Shown: positions 34,759-55,597 of the stretch, in pieces
Position numbering within the stretch: the stretch's first letter is position 1
Layout: every line of letters begins with the position of its first letter
Made by a program: the position numbers and the translations under genes
The notes under the pieces: model-generated
Databases searched by the model: none
What the model saw: the letters and a program-made list of their open reading frames with translations, nothing else
Told to the model about the DNA's origin: nothing
Assembly (NCBI RefSeq): GCF_009914755.1
Contig: NC_060939.1
Strand: one strand, 5' to 3'
DNA from: the human T2T-CHM13v2.0 reference genome, Homo sapiens
Length of the DNA: 64,000 bases

Positions 34759-35879
34759 TGGGTGGCCTAGTGCTTGTGCAAAAGCTGCTGACTAGCTCCA
34801 GCCTGCCCAAATCCACGAACGTCTCTTATGTGGTGGCTGAACCACATTTTATGACATCTGAACACCTTTCAAATCTGTGCTTCCTTGGGTACCTCCCTCT
34901 GCACTAGGGCACCAGGCAGGGTTGCTTTATGTCTTACAGTGACTCTTTTATCACAGTTACAATCCTTTATACTACACTTCCCCGTTAGACCCACTATGTG
35001 GTTTCTATCTCTTGATGGGACCCAGGCTGCTACACAACCTAACCCATGAACATTGCACTTCATTAGTTCCTCACCATTGGCCCAAGATCATGCTCCACCA
35101 CCCATCTCTGCACCCTGACTTTCTTTCCTTAAGTGAAACCCCTAAATGCCCTCTTTGTGCCCAAAGCTTACCTGCTCTTCCTTCCCTATATTCTTGGCCA
35201 GACACAAATATCTGATGCTCTGGCAAATGCAGAAATGGGGAGAAGGCAGGGGAATCATTTCTCCTCCCTTAGGTAAGCACTGAGGGTTATGTCATTCCAT
35301 TGTGTGAGGAATAAAAAAATGAGGCATAGAGAGCTGCCTTGATTTGCCTGGACCAATGAAGCTGTCATGACAGAAGTTGGACAAAGGTTTAGGAGTCCCA
35401 AATGTCAGTCCAGCTCCTATGCCTTCAGAACGTGCTGTGGAGGGAGACACCGGGAGACTCCACTCATGCTGAGCACTCAGGGGTACCCAAGTGCTGAGAC
35501 TGGGGACGTGATAGGCTGAGTTGACTCAGCCAAGTCCTCCTACACCAAATAAGGATGGAAACCCTCACATAATAGAAGTGAAGAGAGGGAACAAAACCAG
35601 GAACTATTAAGAGGCTGATGCCTGGAAGGCCTGGGCAGAATGACAGTGAGATTGGTGCAGAACAGAGGCCCTAGAAGAGGACAAGGGGAAGGAAGTGGCC
35701 TCAGTGGCCAGATGGCACCTGTCCACTGCACAGAGGCTGGAGCCTTGAGTTCCATCTAGTCCTTGTCAACCACAATCATTCTGCCCTATGGCTCAATGAG
35801 TCCTGGAGAAAATGTATTTTCTGCAGGCTGGGGAGGTGAGAATAAAACAATTCAGCCTTAAGAAGTTGAAAGCCCAGGA

Positions 35880-36252
35880 AATCATAGCACGTGGAGATGG
35901 CATTCATAGTTAAACTTCCTGCCCTTGACTTCTGGTTTGGCCATGGGACTTACTTTGGCCAATGGATGTGGTAAAGTGGTAGTCTGCACATTCTGAGCCT
36001 GGGTTTTAAGATAAGAGACCTTCACATTTCCCTTTGTTCTTTGCACTCCTGCCATTGCCATGAGAAGAAGGCACCCTGGCAGGCCCCAACCTGAGGAGGA
36101 TCAGAGACACTTGGAGCAGATCCAGCTCAGCCACCACAGTTCGAACTGAAACCTCCCAAGCAACCCATGCTCATGAGTGAGAAATGGTGGCCTATGGTCT
36201 TAGGCCTCTGAGGTGTGGGGTTACTTGTTACAGAGCAAGAGTTAACTAATAG
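35880..36252 (+). mobile_element. Old MLT1-type MaLR LTR
   Basis: 'ttggccatgggacttactttggccaatgg' and 3' end 'gttacttgttacagagcaagagttaactaata'. Confidence 0.65.
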
Positions 36253-36504
36253 AGATTTCTACCTCACATCCCTATGAATCAAAGAACAAAGGAAATAAAA
36301 CAAAATATGAAAAGCAGATTTCCAATTTTTAGAAGAAAACAGAGGACAGATTTTATGGCACTAAACAGAGAAAAACTTTTTTTAATATGACACAAAACAC
36401 AGACATCATAAAAGAAATTACTGATAAATTCGATCGTATTAAATGTAGAAGCTTTGATCTGACAAAAGAGGTGATGAATAAAGTTAAAAGACAAAGAAAG
36501 TGCA

Positions 36505-36859
36505 TGATATGGTTTGGCTGCCTGTCCCCACCCAAATCTCATCCTGAATTGTCCTCCCATAATTCTCCTGTGTTGTGGGAGGGACCTGGTGGGAGACAAT
36601 TGGAATCATGGGGGCGGTTCCCCCATACTGTTCTCCTGGTAGTGAATAAATCTCAAGAGATCTGACAGTTTTATCAGGGGGTTCCACTTTTGCATCATCC
36701 TCATTTTTCTCTGGCCACTGCCATGTAAGAAGTGCCTTTCACCTCCCACCATGATTCTGAGGCCTCTTCAGTCATGTGGAACTGTAAGTCCAATTAAACC
36801 TCTTTTTCTTCCCAATCTGGGGTATGTCTTTATTGGCAGTGTGAAAATGGACTGATAGA
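36505..36859 (+). mobile_element. THE1 solo LTR
   Basis: tgatatggtttggctg start, 355 bp, perfect TSD gtgca. Confidence 0.92.
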
Positions 36860-36932
36860 GTGCACCAATAGGGAAAACATATTTGTAAGATATTTGGCCA
36901 AAAAAGCATTGATATCCAGATCATTAAAATCA

Positions 36933-37230
<298 letters not shown>

Positions 37231-39166
37231 TAGCACTACAAGTCAGCAAGGAGAAACCAAAGACCCAACAGACATATGGGCCAGGAGCAATTCACAGAGG
37301 AGGAGACCCGAAGGGCTGGGAAACACAAGGCACGCATTCAGCAGCACAGCAAAATCCAGGAACAATATCAGAAAGTGCGATAACAAATATTGATGAAGAT
37401 GAGTGAAGACGGATGTGCGCACTGCTGGCGAGGGGCATTGTGAGGTCTCCAGCCCCAAGGTCATCTGGCTGTGCTTCCTAGGAAGGAAGGGCTGACAGCA
37501 GACCTGTCCCAAGACTCCAAGCCTCACCAGGCTACGTGCAGGTCTTGGACCAGAACATCAGCATCACCTTGGGGTGGGGGTTGCAGTGGGTTCGCACATC
37601 CTCTGCTCACCAGAAATGCAGAATTCTAGATTCATCTGGAAGATATTGTTGAAGGGAAAAGCAACTTTCAGGAGAGTATGTATGGACTGCTATTTGTATA
37701 AAATTGCAAAAACAGACCAAAGAACACTATCCATTCTTCATGGACATGCACACTGGGTATTAAACATGGATGGGAAGACACACATTGACTTCAGAATAGT
37801 GGGGAGGGAGGCGGTAACTGGGCTAGAAAAGGGACATATAACTCGAGGTTCAGCATGAACATTATGGCTGAATCCGTAGTTTTCTTCCCTTAAACTCTGG
37901 AGCAAATGCATCCAAAATCTACCACGTTTGAATTTTAACTGGGAGGTACATGAAAGTTTGATATCATTTTCCTTTGCGCAATCCTGTGTGTTTGTAATAT
38001 TGAGGCATATTTTTTAAACACTTGACACAGCATGAAAGGAAGCTTGCCTACATGGTAACAATGGTTATCTTTAGGTAGCAGAATTCAAGACTGCTTCTTT
38101 TTCTTTTTTTCCTACTTGTATATTATCTGTATTTCCCTATGTGAGGATTTATGACTGTTGTGATGAAAAGGCTAGTATTCTAACTCCCTCCATCATAAGC
38201 ACACACCGTGTCCTGGCTGGCACGATGGGGAGGAGGGAGCGTGTCTGTTCACCTGGCCAGCCCTAGGCAACTCTGCAGAGAAAGATGCAGGCACTTCCCC
38301 TCTGCAGCCAAAGAGTTAAGAAGGCTTGATGTGAAATAAATCATTCCAGGGGAGCTAAATCCCAGCCTTATCTAATTGTGTATCCTGAGGCTGATTAATT
38401 TAAACTCAAAAATAAAATAAACATCATCCTTAAATAGGGATTAAATACTCAGCGGGGTCCTTAGTTGAACAAACTGACATACATTTTATGGTATGGATTC
38501 AAGGGGCCTGGAGTGGGGCGAGGGGTATCTGTGGGGATGCTAGCTGAGCTAAGGAGAGAAAATCGCCAGAGCTCCTGGATTCCGGAGTACATTCACCTTT
38601 AGCTTCTTCTGTGGATACCCACAGAAAACCAAAGATCCACCCTGTGGCAGGATCTTCAAACAGGAGGTGGGCTTGTGCCCTGTGTCCCTGAGGGAGAAGG
38701 GATTAGTGGAGGGAGTGGGTGAAGAGTTTGGAGGAAGCCCCTGATGTTCTTAGAAAACAGTAGGAAAGAGATTGCCTTGCCTGGGCATTGTTCCCAAATA
38801 GGAGACAAGAGCATGAACTAAAAACAGAGACTCTCAGCTCCCTCCATGGTTCCTGAGTTCAGAAGGGAACCCAGGGAAGTGGGGCAAGTAAAAAATTGAG
38901 TGGGCTATCTGACATGTGCCTGGAGGGACCCACGAACCTGAGTCAGGCATGAGAGTGGGCAGCTGGTGGATTCTTCCAGGCCTGCAGCACAAAGCCAGGC
39001 GGATGTCCCAAGAACAAGCCATGACTGCAGAGGCCTCTACTGCATCCCTGCCTCATGGGCACAATGTCACAGAACAGAATTACATCATTTGGGAGACCAT
39101 GTGCAGTGTGAGTGTCATAATGGAGCTGGACCCAGAAGGTCCCAGACCCAGGTCCAGCTATGTCTC

Positions 39167-39526
39167 TGCTATAGTCAATGTTTGTGTGCCCCTACAATCC
39201 GTGTGTTGAAACCTAACCCCTGATAGGTTAGATTTGAATTAGGAGGCAATGACTTTAGGAAGTGATTTCATCATGAAAGCAAAGACCCGTGAACGGGATA
39301 AGTGGCCTTGTAAAAGGGAGCCAAGGGAGCGTGTTCTCCTTCCACCATGTGAGGACACAGCTAGGAGGTGCCCGCTATAAGGAACAGGCCCTCAACAGAC
39401 ACCCAATCTGCCACTACCTCGACCTTCCACTTGCCAGCATCCAGACCTATGAGACATAAATTTCTGCTGCTTATAAGCCCCCTAGGCTAAGGTATTTTGT
39501 TACGGCAGCCCAAATGGAATGAGACA
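39167..39526 (+). mobile_element. MLT1A-like MaLR solo LTR
   Basis: tgctata...gagaca termini, TSD gtctc/gcctc. Confidence 0.8.
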
Positions 39527-40941
39527 GCCTCTGACCATCTTGAGCAACTCACTTATCTGCTGAACTCTCCACAGATTTAACTGTGATGAAATCCCTTCAT
39601 CAGATGTATATTGAACACCTACTCTGTATAAGGACACACTGTGTTATTGGACAGGGTAGAAAGCAAGTCACAGTTCCCCAGGGGTAGGCACTGCCGTAGC
39701 TGAAGAGCAAACCCAAGTTGCTGTGGCCAATGGGGGAAGGGGTGGGTGTCAGAGAAGAAGAGAACATGCTAGAGTCCCTATCTGCAGCAATATTGGAACG
39801 TCTAATGGATGGTTCCCAAAGTGGTGACTTCTCATCTTCTTACAAAAACTCATAGTTGTCCCTGTGTAAAGTCTTCCCAGAAATGCAGGGCAGTTGAGAA
39901 TATGCAGATCAGAAAAGACAAGAGGACAGAGAGAGCATTCTTGGCATCAGCAGCCACGGACTTCTTGAAGGAAGGAAAGCATTTCTCCTGGATCCCTGGG
40001 TAGCAGATAAACGTACAGAAATACATTTGTTTGCTACTTGATTCATGGACTTTGAACATTTGTAGACCGGGAGGCTGAGAATCTTCTCCAGCCAGATGGT
40101 GTGGGGCGTGGAAATACAGAAAAGGATTAAAGTAGGAGGAAAACAAAGCAATGAGAAGGAGCTCTCAGCATGACCAACACAGAGACCTGGGTCTCCGCTA
40201 CCAACGATAAGAGCTAATGTATAATGATTGCAGGTCTGCAAACAGCAGGCTTTCCATATCACATGTGGCAAGCTCTGATGACGACCCTGTGTGACAGGTA
40301 TTGTTGTCGGAGGCAGAGGGTTGCTACATAATCACGAGCAACTGGTGGAATGCCAGAGAGTTTGGTTTTAATTGGTCTACTTCCTGTTTGCTTTCTATTT
40401 GTCCCATCTGTAGTTCGTTCTCCTTTTCCTCTTTCTCTGACTTCTTTTGAATTTGTTGAGTATTTTTATTTCATTTAATCTTCTTTGTTGGCCTTTTACA
40501 TATAACTATTTTTGCTTGGTTTGGTTTTGAGTTTTAATCATTGCTCTATGGTTTATGGTATATCATATGGTTTGGATCTGTGTCTCTACCCAAATCTCAC
40601 GTGGAAACGTAATCCCCAATGCCAAGCGTGGGGCCTGGAGGGAGGTGATTGGATCATGGAGCCAGTTTCTCATGGTTTAATACCATCCCCGCTTGGTACT
40701 ATATAGCGAGTGAGTTCTCACAAGATCTGGTTGTTTAATAGTTTGTGGCACCTCCCCCTCACTCTCTTCCTCCTGCTCCAGTCAAATAAGATATGCTTGC
40801 TTCCCCTTTGCCTTCCGTCATGATTGTAAGCTCCCTGAGGCCTCCCCAGAAGCCAAGCAGATGACAGAATCACGCTTCCTGTACAGCCTGCAGAACTGTG
40901 AGCCAATTAAACCTCCTTTCTTCATAAATTACCCAGTCTCA

Positions 40942-41238
40942 TTTTCTTTTTTTGAGACGTAGTCTCACTCTGTCGCCCAGGCTGCAGTGCAGTGGTGCGA
41001 TCTCGGCTCACTGCAACCCCGCCTCCCTGGTTCAAGTGATTCTGCTACCTCAGCCTCCCAAGTAGCTTAGCTGGGACTACAGGCATATGCCACCAATCCC
41101 ACCTATTTTTTTTGTATTTTTAGTAGACATATGGTTTCATCATGTTGGCCAGGACGGTCTCAATCTCTTGAACTCATAATCCACCCACCCCAGCCTCCCA
41201 AAGTGCTGGGATTACAGGCTTGAGCCACCATGCCCAGC
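40942..41238 (-). mobile_element. Alu (AluS-like)
   Basis: Antisense Alu, TSD cccagtctca. Confidence 0.95.
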
Positions 41239-41259
41239 CCCAGTCTCAGACATTTCTTT

Positions 41260-42140
41260 TTCTTTGAATTTATTTATTATTATTTTTTAAATTATTATTA
41301 TTATACCTTAAGTTTTAGAGTACATGTGCACAAAGTGCAGGTTTGTTACATATGTATACATGTGTCATGTTGGTGTGCTGCACCCATTAACTCATCATTT
41401 AGCATTAGGTATATCTCTTAATGCTATCCCACCCCCCTCCCCCCACTCCACAACCGTCCCCGGTGTGTGATATTCCCATTCCTGTATCCATGTGTTCTCA
41501 TTGTTCAATTCCCACCTATGAATGAGAACATGTGGTGTTTTGTTTTTTGTCCTTGCAATAGTTCACTGAGAATGATGGTTTCCAGCCTCATCCATGGCCC
41601 TACAAAGGACATGAACTCATCATTTTTTATAGTTGCAGAGTATTCCATGGTGTATATGTGCCACATTTTCTTAATCCAGTCTATCATTGTTGGACATTTG
41701 TGTTGGTTCCAAGTCTTTGCTATTGTGAATAGTGCCGCAATAGACTTATGTGTACATGTGTCTTTATAGCAGCATGATTTATAATCCTTTGGGTATATAC
41801 CCAGTAATGGGATGGCTAGGTAAAATGATATTTCTAGTTCTAGGTAACTGAGGGATCACCACACCGACTTCCACAATGGTTGAACTAGTTTACAGTCCCA
41901 CCAACAATGTAAAAGTGGTCCTATTTCTCCACATCCTCTCCAGCACCTGTTGTTTCCTGACTTTTTAATGATCGCCATTCTAACTGGTGTGAGATGGTAT
42001 CTCATTGTGCTTTTGATTTGGATTTCTCTGATGGCCAGTGATGATATTGTGGTTTTGATTTGCATTTCTCTGATGGCCAGTGATGATGAGCATTTTTTCA
42101 TTTGTTTTTTGGTTGCATAAATGTCTTCTTTTGAAAAGTG
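41260..42140 (-). mobile_element. 5'-truncated L1PA (about L1PA3-5) 3' end
   Basis: L1PA 3' UTR and ORF2 C-terminus; 14-bp TSD tcagacatttcttt (41246-41259, 42141-42154). Confidence 0.95.
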
Positions 42141-42293
42141 TCAGACATTTCTTTATAGCAGTGCAAGAACAGAATAATACAGTATATGTATTTAACTTAG
42201 CATTGGCTGCCATCAACATTATACCACTTCACAGAAACAGGATCTGAGGCTCAACTGATCATCCTGCCTTGGCCTTCCAAAGTGCTGGGATAA

Positions 42294-42650
<357 letters not shown>

Positions 42651-43870
42651 ATTTTCATCTTTGTTTCTCTCTGTATAATGTTCTTTTCCCTTTGGTAACT
42701 TTTCAGATATTCTCTTTGTCACTGGTTTGGGACAATTTGATTATGATGTGCTTCAGTGTGTCATCCTCATGTCTCTTGTGCTGGAGGTTCATTGGTTCTT
42801 AGATCTCTGGATTTACAGTTTTTCTCAAATTTAAATTTTTTCAGCCACAATTTTTTCAAATATTTTTTTCTTCTACTCCTCCCAACCTTCTTCAGGAACT
42901 CCAATTACAAATATATTAGTCCTGTTGGTGCTGATTTTCTGTTCAATTTTTTTCATTGTTTTCTCCACTTTCTATTTTTGATAGTTTCTACTGTTACATC
43001 TTCCAGTTGACTAATCCTTTTTTGTATAATATCTATTCTATTTTAAATGCCATTTAGTATATTTTTCATCTCAGACATTGTATTTTTCATCTCTAGAAGT
43101 TCAAGCTGGATCTTCCATGTCTCTACTTCCATGTTCTAGCTTCCCTTTACCTTCTTCTTGTGGAATGTTATCATTACAATAACTGTTTTAATATCGTTTC
43201 CTACTAATTCTGTCTTATTTGCCGTTTCTGTTTCTATTGATCAAGTTTTCTTCTCATTATTGAGACATTTTCTTTTTCTTCACATGCCTGGTAATTTTCA
43301 GCTGGATGACAGACAACGTGAAATGTATCTTATTGTCTGTTTGATATTGTTGGGTTCCTATAAATATTATTAAGCTATGTTCTAAGATGTAGTTAAATTA
43401 TCTGGAAAGATTTTGGCTCTTTGAGGGTTTTCTTTGAGGTCTTGTTAAGTAGGACCTTAGCAGCCTCGGCCTAGATCTAATCTTCCACACTACTGAGGCA
43501 TTTCTTTTCTGAGTGTTCCATCCAATGGTCTGGGAAGTATAAGATTTGTCCACTGTTGCTGGTGGGAACACCAAATATGTCTGGTTCTGTGGGAGGTTCA
43601 AGCATTCTTCTTTCTGTTTCCTTCAGGTATTCCCACCCACCCCCCAACTTGTAGTTCACACACATACATGTGCTTGTCAGTATTTAGCTGAAGACTCTGG
43701 AGCTTTTATGTTTTGTGACTTTGTCCTCTTCATGCCCTGAATACTCTGCCCTGCGGAGTTTATCTGAGCTTCTTTAGTCTCCCTGGACTCCCAGCTTCAT
43801 CTCCTCAACTCAGGACCATCACCAGGCTCAGCCTGTGTTCTCCCTCCTTCAGCTGTGGCCTAGAAATGGA
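42651..43870 (-). mobile_element. Old L1M (ORF1/5' region) fragments
   Basis: 'tctctttgtcactggtttgggacaatttgattatgatgtgc' and 'tttttcatctctagaagttc' resemble antisense L1MC/ME. Confidence 0.65.
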
Positions 43871-45954
43871 TTGCCTTCTGGTCACCGCACCTGGGCAGTC
43901 CAGAGTCACAAGAAACCCCAGGCCATGTGGCAGAATGCCCACTGTCCCCACCTCAGCACACTGTACTCTCTCCATCCAGTGCTAGCTGCAACCACCCTGT
44001 CTCACAGTCCATAATTCTAGCCAGAGACCAAGCTTTCTGCAGTGCCTTGGCTGGGGCTCACAGATAAGGATGGCCAAGCAGTGCTCCCAGAAGCCAGCAG
44101 ATGCCATCAATCAGTTTTACATCCTCCAGGCACTGAGAATCTCTGGACACCTGAAGTGTCCTGTTGCCAGAGCTGAACTCTCAAGTGAAGACTCCAGAAG
44201 GCCCTGAAATGTGGGCAGGCTCCCATCATTGCCTGTCTGTGGCCTCAAGGACACAGACTCTTTCCATGGCTGGTGAGATATCCAGCACACTGGGGCCTCT
44301 GGAAAGCCCCTTTTCAATTTTAGGCCTTAGCTGAGCTCTCCATTTACCTCAGGCCAGGCAGTGCACATTATGGGGGACACCGCTGGGTGCTGGGATGAGA
44401 ATGGCACTTGGCATGTGAGCTAGGATTGAGAGCCCACCACTCTCTTCCTCAGCCAGGCGGTGGCCAGTTACCATCTCTGGCTTCTGTCCCCTTACCAGCC
44501 TCCTCTGCTACAATTGCATTTCTGACAGGCAGTGGATCAGAGAAGCACCGGTAGTTGAGGACCGTGTGGAGAACCACTACTGGCCAAGCATTCCCAACCT
44601 GACAGCAGAACAGAAGTACAGCAGTGCTGAGGTGAACTTGACAGAGAACTTTGAGACCATGAAGGCAACCAACACTTCCAACTCATCACAACCTGCCTCT
44701 CCCATAGATTTATTGTAGAAGAACTCAACCATCTCCGTGTCAACAAGAAATCGTCCTCACTCTAAACCATCACCCTTGGATTTAGATCATGGGGCTGTCC
44801 TGTCTTTAGTATGGAACTGAAAAGCTTTAATTTCCACAAAAATGTAAGGTTTTGGGCTACAGCCTTATTAAAACAAACAAATATGAGCATAGTGGTCTAC
44901 AGATGGAATATGTGGGGCTCTAAACAAACTGCGACTTGAAAGTATAATCATTGTCTTTTTGTTTGTTTCTTTAGCCTGGTAGGACAATGTCAGAAATTTC
45001 CTTGGTCATACGGAATATAAAACATAGTTTGAACAAAAGCAGCAATAAAGCTACAAACTATTTTTTGGTGTATTTGCTTAAGTATAAGATAGCTGATTGG
45101 GGCTTTATCATGTAACGTTAGTTTGCTTAGATTTCATGGTTTATACAACTTGAATTGTGAATAAATATATGGCTGATTCATATTGTAATTAAACTGCACA
45201 TTGACATAAACTGTACATTAAAAGTTGCTGCACATTGTCATCCAAAATAATACTTAAGTAAAACCAAAAATTCTATAAATCAATGTCAAGGAATGTAACG
45301 TAAAATAAAAATACAGTTAACATGGAATTGCAAAACTAGAATGGGAGAAATATTTACCCATAAAATCTTGTTTGGAACATTGATATAACACTAGAAAAGA
45401 ATTTTTCTAAATAACTACAATGTTCAACTGTGACTGTGCATGTGTGAAGACCAGGCATTTTGAATCATTGCCCTGTGGTGTGTGGTGGTACAATTTTACA
45501 GAAATGCACTACAATAATTAATAAAATTCTCTAATGGGTAGACTTTAATGAATAAGTATTTACACTATAAATATCTATAATATTGGTGCTATTATTTCAC
45601 AAATTAAAAAAGCTGTATTACAGCCTTTAAAAGCAAATAATAGCCTTACATTTGTAAATAAAGAAAAAAATATAAATTTTATGAAATACGGTTAAGAATA
45701 ATTGATAAAATAAAAATTGGGGCACAAATTATAGTTTGGATAGAGGTTGAAAAAAGTGGATGAAAATTTTAATGAGCCCTTTTTGCCTGCACTAAACTTA
45801 ATCTTATAGGTAAACATTATAATATATATAGGGTACCCACTAGCTATCTAATTTACTTTTTACACAATGTATAAATCCTAGCCTATTGGTCTTAATATTT
45901 GAACCTAAAATAACACACAAACATACAAGAGAACAAAATAAGGAAGAAGTGTAC

Positions 45955-48394
45955 GGAGAGAGTGACATTATCAAAGTGGTGGAATAGGGGGTCCCTAATT
46001 TTGTATTCCCCTGCAGCAATAAAAACTAGTCAGCCATCCATCAAGCAAAGTAACTTTATGAGAGATCCAGGCACTGTGGCTCATGACAGTAATCTCCTCC
46101 ATTCAGGAGCCTGAGGTGGGAGGACTGCCAGGCCAGGAGTTCAAGAACAGCCTGGGCAATATAGTGAGCTTTGGGATACAGGGCATTATGAAACATTGCT
46201 AAAACCCAAGATCGAAAAGGGTCATTTTGAGAAGGCAGGGCTTTTGGTTAATAAGGTGTCATATTATCCAAAGCAATCTGTAAGCTAACTCAAATCCGTA
46301 TCAAAATCCCTGTCCCACTTTTTATAGTAATAGAAAATGCAAGCCTACAATGTAGGCTGAATGACCAAGCCAATCATGAGGAATAAGAAAAAAGCTGGGG
46401 ACATCATACTCGTGACTCACATGAAACAGTTCAAAAGTCACTCTTTGTAGATAACCTGGGGAAAACCTGCTAGGTACTCAGTGGGAGCCACACTCACCCA
46501 CATATCTGCTATTAGACCCAGCATATAGCAGAACCTACCCTAGTGCCTGCTCCACAAAACAAAGCCCTGAAGATAATCCAGCCTGCTCAAAAACATGACA
46601 TAACTCACAACCACACGTGCTCCTGGTAACAAGCCCACTAAAGGTAAAACCCACTTCAGATTCGGCAGCCAACTTGTGACGCAGCTACAAGCCTTTTTAC
46701 TGCAAACCCAGTAAAGATCTCATCAGCCTTGAGACCCAACAGATGAAGATCTTTACCTACTAAAACCAGTTTATAAAAATGAACAGAGGTGGCTGGGCAC
46801 GGTGGCTCACACCTGTAATCCCAGCACTTTGGGAGGCCTAGGTGGGTGAACCATGAGGTCAGGAGTTCAAGTCCAGCCTGGCCAAGATGGCGAAACACTG
46901 TCTCTAATAAAAATACAAAAATTAGCCAGGCATGATGGTTGGCGCCTGTAATCCCAGCTACTTGGGATGCTGAGGTAGAGAATTGCTTGAACCCAGGAGG
47001 CGGAGGTTGCAGTGAGCCAAGATCGTGCCACAGCACTCCAGCCTGTGTGACAGAGTGAGACTCCGTCTCAAAAACAAAACAACAACAACAACAACAAAAA
47101 TGAAAACAGGTGTTTGCTCCTTCAAATGTGCAAATACCAATGCAAGTCTACATTATGCCCATTCTAACGGTTCTATTTTAACATAGAACTGGAAGTCCTA
47201 CATAGAATAATTAAGTCCTACATCAAATAATTAAGCAAGAAAGGCTAAAAGATCCATACTGAAAAGAAGAAATAACGTCACTGTCTGTAGATGACATAAT
47301 GTTATATATAAAAAACATAAATAGTACATTTAAATAATGCATTTAATGCATCTATATATAAATAGTGTATCTAATAAATGCACTCAGTAAAGAAGCGGAA
47401 TATACAATTAGCATACACATATCAGTTTTGTTTCTATATGCTAGCGACAAACCAGTAAAATAGAAAAAAAAATCTCATTTACAAGAGCAACAAAATAATA
47501 GATTTCTTAGCAATAAATTTAACCAATGTGGTGAAAGATCTTTACAATAAAAAATAAAATATATTGATAAAAAATAAAGAAGATACAAATAAATGTAAAT
47601 ATATTACATATTTATGGATTAGAAGAATATTGTCTAAGTGCCATATTATCCAAAGCAATCTGTAGATTAATTCAACTTCCTATCAAAATTCCTGTGCCAC
47701 TTTTTACAGTAATAGAAAATAAAGTCTGCAAAGTATATAAACCTATAAGAAATATTGAATGTCCAAAGCAATCATGAAGAATAAAACGAAATCTGGGGAC
47801 ATTATACTTTATTATTTAAAACTACATTTCAAGACTACAGTAAACGTAATAGAATGGAATGTTTATAGGAACAAACACAAAAACCAATGGAACAGAATAC
47901 AGAGCCCAGAAGTAAATCTATGCACCTAAAGTTAATCTTTGACAAGGGCACTATGAATACGCAATACAAAAAGTGTAGCCTTTTCAATACTTAGTGCTGA
48001 GAAAACTGGATACTCGCAAGCACAATAATAAAACTTGGTCATATTTCCTACACCAGACACAAAAATTGACTTAAAATAAAGACTTAAATTTAATACATAA
48101 ATCCTTAAAAGAAAATTTTTAGAAAAGCATATGAAAAGCATCCATGATACTGGCCTTGGCAATTTTTTTTTTAAATATGATATCAAAAGTATAGCAATAA
48201 AACAAGACACAAAATTGTAGTGTATTAAACTATTGTGTACAGCAAAAAATAAGAAAACATTTAAGATGGGATAAAACATTTGCAAACCATATATGATAAG
48301 AGGTTAGTATTCAAAATATAGCAGAAACTCATACAAATCAGAAGCTAAACAATAGTAATTATAATACCCAACTAAAAAATAGCAAAAGACTAAA
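45955..48394 (+). mobile_element. Old L1M fragments (5' region and ORF2) with a FLAM and an Alu (46791-47100); host element resumes at 54554-55470
   Basis: Degenerate ORF2 motifs. The L1M 3' end lies after the L1PA insertion. Confidence 0.75.
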
Positions 48395-54553
<6,159 letters not shown>

Positions 54554-55563
54554 AAGACTAAATATTTTTTACAAACATATTCAAATGGCCAACAGGTGTG
54601 TAGAAAGATGCTAAACATTACCATTCATGAGAAAATTGCAAATCAAAGGATACCAGTTTACAGCAGTTGGAATGGCTAATATCAAAAAAAGAAACATGAC
54701 AAGTGTTAACAAGGATGTTACCAAATATTTCTGTACATTCTTAATGAGTTGCAAACTGGAAGAGTCATTATGAAAATTAGTATGCAGGTTATTTTAAAAA
54801 ATAGAACTATCGTACAATCCCGAAATTCCACTTCTGTCTATAAACAAAATAAAATCAGCATCTCAAAAATTATCTGCACCCTTGTATTCAATGCAGTATT
54901 ATTCACAACTGTCAAGGGTATTTTTTTTTAAAATGACTTATCTGTAGATGCTGAATGGATAAGGAAAATGTGGTATAAATAGACAACTGAATATTATTCA
55001 CCCATAAAAAAGAATGAAATTCTGCTATTTCAACAACATGAATGGACCTGGGTACATTATGCTATGCAAAATAAGCCAGGCACAGAAGGACAAACACTGT
55101 ACGTTCTCACTTAAATGGAGAATTTAAAAAGCCTGAACTCATAGAAGCAGAGAGTACAATGGTAATGACCAGGCCTGGAGGTAGAAAAAATGATGAGGTG
55201 TTCAGAGTACAAACTTTCAGTTATAAGATAAATAAGTTTTGGGGGTCTAATGTATAGCTTTAAGATGTAGTTAATAACAGTGTTTTGTATGCTTAAAATT
55301 TGCTGCAACAGTAGGAGACCTCAAATGCTCTCACTACAAAAAACATAACCATGTAAGGTGACATAAATATTCATCAACTTAATTGTATTAAACATTTTAC
55401 AATATATATACCTATCAAACTTTTATAATATACACAATACATAATTATGCAATTTTTATTGGTCAAAAAATTAATGTTATGTACACATGCATATATTCAC
55501 ATAAGTGTGTATATACACATATATAAAACATATATGTATATATCAATTACATATGTATATACT

Positions 55564-55597
<34 letters not shown>

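Larger units (their letters stand above)
40563..42181 (+). mobile_element. MST-type MaLR solo LTR interrupted by an Alu and an L1
   Basis: LTR body 40563-40941, 3' end at 42141-42181, TSD gtata. Confidence 0.88.
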
